A stretch of DNA of 64,000 nucleotides from Squalus acanthias (taxonomy: Eukaryota), in NCBI GenBank assembly GCA_030390025.1, contig CM059432.1:82896001-82960000 (forward strand), read 5' to 3'. Of the stretch, positions 12,691-24,370 are shown one piece after another. The notes under the pieces are model-generated. The model was given only the letters and a program-made list of their open reading frames with translations, was not told the DNA's origin and did not search any database. The position numbers and the translations under genes were made by a program. Position 1 is the first letter of the stretch, and each line of letters begins with the position of its first letter.

Positions 12691-13399
12691 AGTGGTGTAC
12701 TCAGAGGCCTTCCAGTCGCAGCCAATGCCTTCCCAATGTCCAGCAGCACTGCCTGCACACTTCAACAACTTTTTAAATCACTTTCAGCAACCCAGTACTC
12801 ATACAAACTCTGCAAGTTGGATGTATGCATTTAGCGCTGGGGGGGGGGGGGGGGGGGCGGGGGGGTATTCTCCGTGCAGCTGAGAGGGCGTTGAATGGAG
12901 CGGTGATGTCGAAAATGGCATGGCGTGCATCAAATCAGCATTACACGCTGACTGACGCCATGATCTGCCTACTCTGCCATCGACCTTAGCAAGATGGGCT
13001 GCACCGGAAATGAGCGGCTGCAAGGCGGATGTCTTTTTAAAAAAACGACCATAACTACTGGCACTAAGATAGCGAATTTCGTGGCCATGGGGTGTGGCAA
13101 TGAGAGTGTGGTCTTTGGTTTGGGAGCACTGGAATGGTAGCAGCAAGAAGGGAGAGCATTGGGAGGAGAATTACTGGGTAAGAGAGGGGATTGTGGGCTG
13201 CCGCTGAGAAAACGCTTGCTGCCACGACCTAGAAACTGGCTACAATGTCTTTAATGCAAGAGATAATATGAGGGAGCAGGAAGGGCACTGGCGCTTGGGG
13301 CAGGTGAGAGTGGAAAGGGGGAAGCAGATGAGGAAGGTGAATAAAGACTGTTACCTCTATTAATGGTTAAAAGGGAAAGGATTTCCCTAGCACGGAGCT

Positions 13400-13690
13400 A
13401 GGGATGCCTCTGTTATTTAAAGATCAGACAAATGTTTATGCTGTAGTACTGATAAAGTGAGGGGAGGAAAATTAACCAGGGTTCCCACTTCCAGTTGTTA
13501 GCCAACAGACCTTGCTGGAAATACATGCAAGGATTGGGCCCAGCTAAGATGTGCTCAACACCCACCCTCCCATTCGCAGTTAAATGGCCAACACTCACCA
13601 TCTAAGTGACACATGAAGATAACCACTGGAGGGTACTTGTGGAACCATACCCCAGCAGGACTCTGACTTCAGAAGAGAAGGAAAGGGATT
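13400..13690 (+). mobile_element. Ancient SINE-like repeat fragment (same family as 29937-30330)
   Basis: Shares degenerate blocks (cacatgaaga..ccac.tgg, ccataccccagca) with copies at 29937-30330 and 31830-32110. Confidence 0.5.
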
Positions 13691-15581
13691 TTGCTGTCTG
13701 CCTTGTCTATAACTATGCTGCAAATTGGAATATAATAAGCTGCTATATATAGTTGGACGCGTCATGATGTAAAGAGTGCGCAATTTTGTTTTGTTTTTTT
13801 ATATAAAAATTAGAATGCTGTACCGAAACCATTCGAGCAAATAATTTACATTTTATACCTACTGTTCAATGGGAACACACATTATTCAACCTATAATACA
13901 TGCACATCAACCCCATCCCCCCAACACCAAACCCCAACACAGGAAAGTACTTCAGTTGGTTAATGCAACATGTGCAGAAAATATAGACCAATTAAGCTTT
14001 TAAAAACTACTTAATCATGGCTGCAGAAGATGCAGCAAATATAATTGTGACCCGCACTTGAGCAGACACTATAACCATGAAGTAAATCTGTTTGTTCTGC
14101 CATGCCAAACAACATTTCTCAGTTGTTATTCACTTGAAAGCTCCTTACATGGCCTAACAGGTAAAAGTGCTGCCTCATATGGCACCAAGACCGGAAGGCC
14201 CCAGATTCAATTCCCAGGGGGGACTGAGTTGACTCATCTCAGATGGGGCAACCAATTCGAATCACAAGAAAATTAATGAATGAAGGCCATTTGGCCCATC
14301 TAAGTTCATCCATCCAGAAAGATCCTAAAGTTTCCCCATTTCAGCATCAAATTGTTTTAAAAATTCCAGGTTTGTTGCCTCCACTAGTCTTCCTGCAAGT
14401 CTATTCCATACGCTAATGACCCTTTGTGTAAAGAATAATGTCCTGGCATCAGTCCTCAATATACCTTTTACTAACTAGAATCAACATCCCCTTATACTGC
14501 TATTGCTATTTAACGTCAGTTAATATCCAGGGTTTACCTTTTCCACCTATCTTAAATAACTTTATAAAATCACCGATCAGAATCCAGTGGCCCTTGCATG
14601 AATATTGGGTAAGGCTGCAACAGGCCTCGGCTGTAGTTTGACACACCCTCACCTCACTGCAGTCCAATATTCCTGTTGATGCTCAAAGTATCAGCTCATA
14701 TGAAGAATGGGCAAGGCAATGGGTTTGTTTTGTTGGTGGGAGTTGGGGGTGCCGAGTAAAATGAGAAGGGAACACTAGAGTACCTTTGGAACCACATCCC
14801 AGAAAAAAAAACCTTCAAGTTAGGGTGGAGACAATGGGGTGGAAGAAACATTACCTGATGCCTGCACCTAATCCACAGTACTAAATATAAAAGTCATGGG
14901 ACATTATAACTCATAATAGAATATTCAATGTCCAAAATGATCAGTTAGCATGGTCCTCCCATTAATTTGAGCCATTCATAATTATCTAAGCTGTATAAAG
15001 AACTATTGCAGAGAACGTGTGTGGAAATTATGTTTTAAAAATACCTATAAAATATATTGGTATACATAAAATGTTTTACAGTACACTTGGAAAGCAGTTA
15101 GCATTAGAATACTTCATGCTCATTTCAAAGCATTTACATTTAAAACTGTATGAACCCACAGATAATACTCCAAATCACTTAACATCGCCGAAGTGTTGAA
15201 CAGCAATGCCAAAATATTTCCCAAGCAGATAATTTTTTTATTTTTTTCCCCACTCGGAGCCCGGATCATTTTTTCCCAAACGGGAACATATATTTCCACT
15301 CCCATCCCCTAAGAGAGAAACTTGGTTATGCCCCCAGTGATCACAGACACAGAACCAATGTCTGCCTCGAATCTCCTGACTGTAATTAAGTGACTAGGCT
15401 GGAGTGTATGTAGCACATATTAATATTTCAGGAGACCTCCCACTTTAACATAAGTATTACCCATTTACTCCAAGTACTAAGTTTTCACCAGTGGGATACA
15501 GATTTAGTAAGAAACCAAAGATTACAAAAAATATATCACCATCACATTTTAAAATTAAAGTGCATAAATGACCACACTCAC

Positions 15582-16869
15582 CTGTTCAGATGGCTCAAAG
15601 TTAATCTCCTTCTCAGACTTTATGGCTGTTTTAGTGCTCATGCAGGGATCCAACTTACTATCCATCCGTTCTAGTTTAGGCTTAATATTATGCATACTTG
15701 TGTCATCCTTATCCAGTAAGTAACGAAGTAGTGCATTTTCTTTCTTCTTGGGGCTCATTTGCTCCTGTTTAACAGTTATTTCTGCACCAGGAATTGAATT
15801 ACTCATGTCCTGGTTGGGTTCTTTACCTGTTGCCTCTGCTGTCAGCTTTGCCAAGTCTACAGGAGAAGTGCTGTCCTGCAGAAGTCTGTGCAAAATTTTA
15901 TGTTTTTCTTTCAGCGAGGGCCCATGTGATGAAGAGGTGTTGGTTGTGGATGACGTCACTGCTGAAGTAGACAGTAGTCCTGATGAATTTCCTGTAGAGT
16001 CCTTGACAGAATCCCCAGTGGTACTTGGCAAAGGGGAAGATTCCATTTGATCAGATTTAGTGATCAGCAACTGTAAGAGTTTGGTATGGCCTTTGCCATC
16101 ATGCCCTCTGCCTTGCCCATCAATCCTTTCTCCACCACCAAATGGATTTAAATTACTTTCATTACTATCTTTCTGGTCTCCAGAAAGTCCACTTTCTAAC
16201 TGTCCAGCTGCATTCTCTGTTTGAACTTGCTCACTGAACAATCCAAAAGAATCTTTGGAGTCCATGCTCCCCTTTTTAACTAGTGAAGAATTGATGCTTC
16301 CAGGAGAATTTTGTGAAGTCATCATTTTTAGTTCAGGTGATGCCCCATGAGATACACCATGACCTTCACTAAGGGCTTGAAGTGCATTAAGAGAGCTGCT
16401 GGAGTAGCTATGGCTATTCCCTGTGCTGCTACAAACCCCCACTGGAGAATGCAAGTTTCCTACGGGAGAAAACTGATTAGCTGAGATGCGAGGACTTCCA
16501 ACCATCCCAGGACTTCCACGATGCCTCGGTGAAAGCATGGAGTTCTGCTGCCCTGCAGTTACACCAGGGCTACTTCTTGATGGGCTGTTCATTTTGAGTG
16601 CATAGTTACTACCCTGAGGAGTGGCTGCTTGCATGCCTGATACATGGTTTATTCCACCTGTAACAAACCTGGTTCCTGGCATTTGCCCCATGCCGGTTTG
16701 CTCCTTCAGACCATTCATAGCAAAGCTTGTACTGCTGTTCATTGTCATCTCTTGACTGGTCGTTGCAGCAGAAACACCCGCCATGGTTAGACTACTGGAA
16801 TTTGGATTCATCGGCTTTACCATTCCTTGTCCAGTTGCTTCCTGATTCATCCCACAAACATTTTGCTCT
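15582..16869 (-). CDS. NCOA2: NCOA2 large coding exon: S/T-rich region and NR-interaction domain with three LxxLL boxes (KLLQLL, ILHRLL, LLRYLL)
   Basis: Overlaps ORF 15555..16850; NCOA2-diagnostic strings [49 protein letters not shown]; acceptor ctgcag| and donor |gtgagt; 1288 bp, phase 2 to 0. Confidence 0.98.
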
Positions 16870-18277
16870 CTGCAGTTTTAAACAAAATATACAAATCATA
16901 CAACTGAAATGAAAGTATGAAACACATACAAATAAAATGCGAGTTATTTTAAGGAAGGGTTCGTATTTTCAAAATTGTAGTTTAGTTTGACTGAAACAAT
17001 ACCAGCCTGTTTCAGATTTACATCATTTAAACCAATGATATTAGAATGCATCACATAAGCATCAGCCGGCAAGAGAACAAAATTTAGTTGTCACAATTTT
17101 TTGATAGAAATGTATCCCAAAGTTAACGTACTTTGGGGCTGTGCAAAAAATCCAAACCATCATAGAGTCAGAATGTAACATTTTGGTTTTGAATTACATT
17201 ACCTGAACTGTTTCTGTAAAATAAATTACATTTCTATAGTTTTAAATTTAGCATTTTGACTTAACCAGCCTAGTTGCCACAGCAATTCAAAGCGTTGATT
17301 AACTACCCGAGAGGAGGTAGCCACTGTAATATGACCACATCAAAACTGATCATTTATACAAGTTTTTTGTAGCTTTGAAACAATGGGAAGACTCCAGGCC
17401 ATCTGTCAGTTGAAAGGTCCAGACACTGATGAGCATCCTAAGATATCAGCAAAGATTGTTTTCACTCAATGTCAATAGCCGGTCTTTCTGGGTTCATTGA
17501 ACAAGGAGATGTGTTGTTTTTTCACAGTTCTGGGCGGGGGGGAGCGGAGGGGGAAGAGGGAATTCAATTTAGAGCCCTTGGTGACTGGCAACTGGGCGGG
17601 CCAAACCCCGTCTTTACAGTCTTAAGATGCTGTCTCTTTCTCTTGCACACACAGATGGAGTGAGTGAGCACGAGGAGGTTATAACAGAAAGCTAGAATCA
17701 GCTAGCTTTGGAACAGCTTAGCTTGAAAGTGAGCCTATGCCACGGCTGTCAATAAGATTGCATCTTTGCAATTTTGCATGAAATGAGGAGCATAGGAAAT
17801 TGTCCAATTTTACTGAAAACTGTATCCTGTTCATTCATATATTTTATGTAAAATAAACTAGTTTGTTGATTTTCAGTTGTGTCTTCTCAAAAGAGTGCTT
17901 CTCAGTCTGCCTTCTGTAAATATGCAGAAAGGAATTTAAGTTACTGTCTCTGGTTCATGCTCCAGTTTAACTAGATATGAGTAGTAGAAGATGCACTCCA
18001 GAGCATAGGTAATGCAAGGTCCACATATGGGTGTGACTGTTGACACCACTGAACCCGAAAAAGTATCTAATATAAAACCTGAAAATTGTGACCCAGTCAC
18101 ACAGTTCATTATAGAGTCAAGACACCATGTTGGATCTTTCTGGTGCTAATGTCACATTCTAATTTGAAGACCAAACAAATTTTAAGTCGCAAATTTGATT
18201 TTTGAATCGAAGCATTGAATGGTTCGTGGCATATACAAAGTTAGTTTAAATCAACACGAAGGAGGTTTTATGCTTAC

Positions 18278-18425
18278 CTTTGAACAACATGCAGTGACAT
18301 GATAAATTGAGGCTCGTTGGTATTTTGAGTGCGCATTAGCCTGCTCCTGGTTTGTGCAGCAACCATGGTGCCATCAGATAAAGAAAACCGATACACAGGA
18401 CTCAGAGCCTGGCCTTGCCTCAACA
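18278..18425 (-). CDS. NCOA2: NCOA2 coding exon, PAS-B C-terminal half ([50 protein letters not shown])
   Basis: Manual translation gives the YRFSLSDGT motif of p160 coactivators; acceptor tttag| and donor |gtaagc; 148 bp, phase 1 to 2. Not in the ORF track. Confidence 0.95.
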
Positions 18426-18963
18426 CTAAAATTTAGAGAAGTTGAGGAAAAAAAAGTAAGTGACACATAATTTGTCCTAAATGCTCCAAATGTCACATAT
18501 ACTATTTAAAAAAATAATTCTCTTCTCTCATGAAAGTGCTGACTCACTGGGATACCATTCCATAGGTGATGGTAGGCCTTTGGTATCTCACGCAAGTGAC
18601 CATTCTTTGACAGTGTCACAGATTAAGCCCAACTTCACAAGCACACTTTCCAGCAGCTACCACTAGACAGGAATTTCTCCTCTCTAGTCCGGGGTACATT
18701 GCGGCAAACCATCGCCTTTCCACCACTACCTTAGCTTAGATCAGCTAATTCGCCACAAATCAGGGATCAAATATGGGACTTTTCTAGCCTACTATCTCTA
18801 TAAATCTTCACATCTTCAGTCTCAACTATCTCTACAGCATCTAAATTGAAAGGTTAAGCTGCAAATTATCTCTTGATAAAAATGTAAGATTTTTGTACAA
18901 CTATATAGCAGTCGCAACAATTCTCTTTTTTAAACTTTTTCCAGAAATTATATTTAAAAAATA

Positions 18964-20620
18964 GATCAGTATGCTGAGGAACCAACTAGGGAACAGGCTA
19001 TTTTAGATCTAATATTGTGCAACGAGAAAGGGTTAATTAATAACCTTGTAGTGAAGGGGCCTCGAGGGAAGAGTGACCATAATATGATGGAATTTTACAT
19101 TAAGTTTGAAAGTGACTTAGTTAAATCCGAAACTAGGGTCTTAAATCTAAACAAAGCAAACTATGTAGGTATGAGGGGTGAGTTGGCTAAGGTAGATTGG
19201 GAAACTACATTAAAAGGTAGGACAGTGGAGGAGCAATGGCTAGCATTTAAAGAATTAATACATAACTTACAACAAATATACATTCCTTTAAGGCACTAAA
19301 ACACCACAGGAAAAGTGGTCCAACCGTGGCTTACAAGAGAAGTTAAAGTATTAGATCAAAGGAAGCGGCTTATAATGCTGCCAAAAAGAGTAGTAAGCCT
19401 CAGGATTGGGAGGATTCTGGAATTCAGCAAAGGAGGACCAAGAAATTGATAAAGAAAGAGAAAATAGAATGAGTGTAAACAAGCGAGAGACATAAAAACG
19501 GACTGTAAAAGCTTCTATAGGTATGTAAAAAGGAAAAATTAGCGAAATTAAATGTGGGTCCCTTACAGGCTTAGACAGGAGAAATTATAATTGGGAATAA
19601 GAAAATGGCAGAGAAATTAAACAAATACTTTGTGTCTGTCTTCACGGAAGAAGACGCAAAAAACTTCCCGGAAACAGTGGAGAACCAAGGGTCTAGCGAG
19701 AATGAGGAACTGAAAGAAATTAGTATTAGTGAAAAAGTAGTACTGGAGAAATTAATGGGACTGAAAGCCGATAAATCCCCTGGACCTGATGGCCTACATC
19801 CTAGGGTTTTGAAAGAGTCGGCTATAGAGATAGTGGATGCATTGCTTGCCATTTTCCAAAATTCCATTGATTCTAGAACGGTTCCCGTGGATTGGAAGGT
19901 AGCAAATGTAACCCCACTATTTAAGAGGGGGAGAGAAAATGGGGAACTACAGACCACAGTTAGCCTGACATTAGCTGTAGGGAATCTAATGTAGTAGAAT
20001 CTATTATTAAGGACGTGGTAACAGGGCACTTAGAAAATAATAGGATTGGGCAGAGTCAACACGGATTTATGAAAGGGAAATCGTGTTCGACAAATCTGAG
20101 GTTGTAACTAGCAGAATAGATAAGGGGGAACCAGTGGATGTGGTGTATTTGGATTTTCAGAAGGCATTCGATAAGGTGCCACACAAGTGGTTATTAAACA
20201 AAATTTGGGCTCATGGGATTGGGAGTAATATACTAGCATGGATTGTGGATGGTTAACGGACAGAAAACAGAGAGTAGGAATAAATGGGACTTTTTCGGGT
20301 TGGCAGACTGTAACTAGTGGGGTACCGCAAGGATCAGTGCTTGGGCCTCAGTTATTCACAATCTACATCAATTTCTTCACTCACTCAGAGGGTGGTGAAT
20401 CTTTGGAATTCTCTACCCCAGAGGGCTGTGGAGGCTCAGTCATTGAGTATATTCAAGACAGAGATCGATAGATTTTTGAATATTAAGGGAATCAAGGGAT
20501 ATGGGAATAGTTCAGAAAAGTGGAGATGAGGTAGAAGATCAGCCATGATCTTATTGAATGGCGGAGCAGGTTCGAAGAGCCAAATGGCTTACTCCTGCTC
20601 CTATTTCTTATGTTCTTATG
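18964..20620 (+). mobile_element. CR1 LINE ORF2 fragment and 3'UTR, with internal deletion
   Basis: KSDHN, KSPGPDG, QHGF and [10 protein letters not shown] motifs; jumps from TIYIN to NFFT at ~20370; ends in (ttcttatg)n tail. Confidence 0.92.
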
Positions 20621-20950
20621 TAATAGTGGCTTAGTGGCTCGCGTAATGGTTCAGTGAGTTTATCTAGTGAGTAAATGTGCAATACAAGCCTGGAAGATTC
20701 CAGGTTCAATTTCCAGTCTGTGCTAATTTAGGTAATCTTAGCCAGAATGGCAATAATTTGCCTCATTGTCAAGAGCTAAGTGGGTCAGCTGGAACACTCA
20801 CTGCAGTCAAATAGCCTGCCGACATTCACAGTCAAGGCTCACCCAGCAAAATATTAATGGTTTCATGAAAGGAGGGAAGGGTAAAATCTGGCAAAAGAAA
20901 ACATGCATATTCCATTTTACACAGTACTAAATCTAGGAGAGAGAAAGAGA

Positions 20951-21135
20951 ACACAGAAAATGCTGGGAATACACGGCAAATCCTTCAACACGTGAAAATG
21001 AAAATACAGGTTAACATTTTGGATGTAGGTGCTTCATCAGTATGGTTCTGACGAAGGGTTCAGGCCCAGCGTTAATCTGTCCGTTTGCTTTTCAAATGCT
21101 GACGGGATCTGCTGTGCATTCCTGCTTTTATTTTA
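20951..21135. mobile_element. Degenerate palindromic Penelope-derived element with back-to-back decayed hammerhead cores
   Basis: Inverted arms (gctgggaatacacggcaaatccttcaacacgtgaaaa versus the reverse complement of ttttcaaatgctgacgggatctgctgtgcattcctgc); CTGATGA on minus (21034-21040) and CTGACGA on plus (21048-21054). Confidence 0.65.
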
Positions 21136-21215
21136 GATTTGGAGGTTTTATTTTATTTTTATTGAACTGTTGCTTATTTAATTTTGTATAGCTCAGTATC
21201 TAGAAAAGTCCTCAC

Positions 21216-21356
21216 CTTCATGATGATGCCTCTTAGCAAATGCAATCTCTTTGTCATTTTGAAGGTGAAATCTTTGAATACACCTTCGCACCAAGTCTTC
21301 CCAGCCTGGTTTCATCGATGCACGTAATGCATTTATATCGAGAGATATTAGTTTGC
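21216..21356 (-). CDS. NCOA2: NCOA2 coding exon, PAS-B ([31 protein letters not shown]...KRHHHE)
   Basis: Within ORF 21193..21402; acceptor actag| and donor |gtgagg; 141 bp, phase 1 to 1. Confidence 0.95.
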
Positions 21357-21468
21357 CTAGTTTTTTTTTGGGGGGGGTGGGGGGGGGAGGGAATAAAAAC
21401 AAATCTCATTTGTCAAATCTTCAAAAGCAGCAAAATCTCAAATTAGAAATGTAGTTGTGTTGTATTAC

Positions 21469-21570
21469 CTGTTAAATCATGTCTTGTAGTAAAACTTTCA
21501 GTATTAGCAAATTGTGGCCTCTCCTTTACAGGAACTCTCCTTGCAACACAAATCAAACAGGACTGTAAAT
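21469..21570 (-). CDS. NCOA2: NCOA2 coding exon ([34 protein letters not shown])
   Basis: Within ORF 21443..21637; acceptor ctttcag| and donor |gtaata; 102 bp, phase 1 to 1. Confidence 0.96.
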
Positions 21571-21950
21571 CTGAAAGAGGAAAGAAAAACATTTCATTTA
21601 AAAGTAAAAACTTTGTATTGTAAAATATCATGTACAATTAAATATAGTACATGAAACTATAATGTAACCCATACAATTTCTCCCTTAGCAATTACTAGTT
21701 TGAGAGACACACATCACCCAAATTCCGTCATATCCCTCGACCAATATTATATAAAGACAACTGGAGTACAGTAGTCATCGTGAATTGTGGCGTGTTAGGG
21801 GCTGTATTCAACTTGATCCCTTGGGCATGGTCTTTTCTTATTCTTCAAAGCAGATGCTCTGCATGATTCAATGAACAGATATTATGGCATTGGATGAAGC
21901 ACATCTGTAAGCATCATCCCAGATGATCATTAAATGCCTCTCATTTTAGT

Positions 21951-22148
21951 GAGAAGTCACACAACACCAGGTTATAGTCCAACAGATTTATTGAACAGGA
22001 GATTCTCTCATTGCTAACTTACCTGACGAAGGAGCGAACTGCTTCGAAAGCTTGTAAAATTAAATAAATCTGTTGGACTATAACCTGGTGTTGTGCGACT
22101 TCTCATTTTTGTCCACCCCAGTCCAACGCCGGCATCTCCACATCATGA
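21951..22148 (+). mobile_element. Short Penelope-like non-autonomous element with 43 bp inverted repeat and 14 bp TSD
   Basis: Direct repeat tctcattttagtga at 21939-21952 and 22149-22162; inverted repeat 21950-21992 / 22063-22105 with one mismatch. Confidence 0.85.
22019..22057 (+). ncRNA. Minimal type I hammerhead ribozyme motif (Penelope type)
   Basis: ttac-CTGACGA-a-ggagc(gaact)gcttc-GAAA-gctt-gtaa: helix I ttac/gtaa, 5 bp helix II, palindromic AAGCTT helix III. Confidence 0.78.
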
Positions 22149-22759
22149 TCTCATTTTAGTGACAGCCAAAACTCAGGCATCTTTGCCAGTTTTTACAAAA
22201 ATTGAACAGAAGTTATTGGTGAACCGACAGCCATAGATGTGTTTTGAAATAATTGGTCTCCTATTTCTGGGGGCATTTGGGAAAAACAGTTATTGGAAAA
22301 CAAACTGAGCATTTCATATAGCATATGAGTTGCAGCTGTGACAGGTCTACACATTTATTAAGACAGTCTTGCATTTATTTATTTTAAGAAATTCTTGGCT
22401 CAAAGTGAGGGATGTAAGCACTGGGGAATGGAACTTTTCTCATTTCAAGCACCCCCAGATTGGATATAGCACAGCCAGATGCAAAGTAAAACTCCCCCTA
22501 CTTTGCCCGAACATATTTCAGCCGTAACTTCAGAAGAGCACCCTTACTGCACCAGTGTGACATTTTTTCCATTTCCCATACTAACCATCCCATGGTTTGA
22601 GATTGCCAATTAGTCTCAAATTCGGCCAATTCTGTACTGTGGATTGGAAATGGATTGAAGCTGCCCAAACTCATCCCAAATAGGACCTTCGCAGCCAGTA
22701 GACAGATGACATCTATATCCAAACAGTCTGGGCTGGATTAGAACCCAGTGCCCATAGGT

Positions 22760-24370
22760 GAAAGACCAGTGCCAGACTTCTTCACATCTGGCACTTCATC
22801 ACATCTATCAGAGGGATCCCAAAGTGCCTCACGTACCACCCATGATGACATTGAAACCTGTGTTGATCTTCTCTAAAACCTTCTTGCCTCTTCGATGCAG
22901 TCATCCTCCCCCCAGTCCTGGATGGTCCCTCACCCCCACCACTTCCACAGCCTCACATCAAAAAGTTTGTAAACTTGGAACGTACTTGGCATTTAACTGG
23001 CCTGGCTGTCCACTACCAGATCTAGCTGGACCACTTCAAGCTACATCATTTACTCCTCTCCTTGCTTATTACTCAAAGATCATTGACAACGTCTTCTCCA
23101 CCACAAACCATCTGCTCTATCCTCAATCCGCCACACACACACCACTATCCTCACCTATGGTTCAAAATGAGAGCAACTCATGGACTGCTTTGCATCCAAA
23201 ATCGAAGTCATTGCACAGTTGCCACTGCTTTCACCTCCTATGCCCGTTCCTCAACTTGTCCTCGCCCTTCTATGAAGCCTAGTACCTGCTCCCTGAGCCT
23301 CTCCCATTCGATCTCCTGACTGTCCAATTTTACTCAGCCCTATGTTTGCTGACATCACGAACGTGTCTCTATCCTCCAGCATAGTCCCTACCTTCATCAA
23401 GAACCCCCCATCACCCACTTTCCAAGAAACCCACCCATTCCTCTTCATTCTCCAATTCATTCCTGATCTCCAGCATTTCAATATTCTCCAAAGTCCTGGA
23501 ACTCACCGTTACCTTGCAACTGTGCTCTCACCTCTCCTTATTCAAGTCCTTCCAATCTGGTTTCTGCCTTGCCCACAGCGCTAAGACTACACTGGTCAGA
23601 GTCATAAATTATATCCTGTGTGACTGCAACCATAGCCATTCATGTATTCTCATTCTCTTCTACTTTTCTGCTGCCTTCAACCCACTAATCAGTGTCTTTC
23701 CTCTGCAGTTCACCTCTGGCATTGCTCTCTCTAGGTTCCACATACCTATAGGAAAAAAGTCACCTCTTGGTGACATCATCCAGAAGCGTGGGGTTAACTT
23801 CCAGATGTATGCGGATTACAATCAGCTCTACCAATACCATCAATCCAAAGCTACTGATGATATCGAACAGGTCTGTTGGAAAATTTTCTCTCGCCTAACG
23901 CCGTCAAAACCAGAGACATCCTTTTTGGTTCCTGCCTCCACTTAAAACCCTAATTCATGCCATCACCACCTCAAGGTTTAAATCCTCTAACTGTCTCCTA
24001 GCCTGTCTCCTTTCCACACCACTTCACAAGCTTCAACTCATTTCAAGTCTGCAACCCACGTCCTCACCCATCTTTTCCAAGCTCCAGTGGTTCCTGTGCC
24101 CTGTTCCTGCATGCCCCCTCCACTCCTCTAACAACAAGCATCTTACTATTTTTCCACTTATTCACTCCACTACTGATGGCCTCTCATTTAACCACTACAC
24201 TCCTGCCCCCTCTGTTCCGTTCTCTCCACCCTCTCTGCTTTAAAATAAATTCCCTAAAACCCTTTTCTTCTATTATGCCTTTCATTCCCCAACCTACTAA
24301 TTATTTTTAACTTTCCCCTCCTGCTAAGCATCCGCTGTTTTGTATCCTTCAATGTAAAGCACGGAGATGT
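22760..24370 (+). mobile_element. Decayed L2-clade LINE
   Basis: ORF 23514..23945 has FQSGF...HSAKTTLVRVINYIL and LGDIIQKRGVNFQMYADYNQLY (YADD-like); C-rich plus strand typical of L2. Confidence 0.75.

Larger units (their letters stand above)
4272..13086. mobile_element. Decayed PIF/Harbinger DNA transposon (Myb/SANT gene plus DDE transposase, convergent), interrupted by nested insertions
   Basis: Both Harbinger genes are recognisable (8678-11450 +, 11621-12690 -). Putative termini gggctagaagtt (4272) and aatttcgtggcc (13075-13086) are imperfect inverted repeats (8/12). The left arm 4272-4452 rejoins 8562 after removing the CR1. The left boundary is an inference. Confidence 0.75.

Noticed and set aside
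12839..12866. Poly-G run as a regulatory G-quadruplex
   Set aside because: Homopolymer inside a dead transposon with no supporting context, and its length is error-prone.
1..15581. Next downstream NCOA2 exon (LDNLEEILDDLQ-like)
   Set aside because: Not found by eye; it probably lies beyond position 1, although a diverged exon could have been missed.
15555..16850. Stand-alone 431 aa gene
   Set aside because: It is one internal NCOA2 exon; the ORF start is an internal Met and the tail VSVVIYAL is intron read-through.
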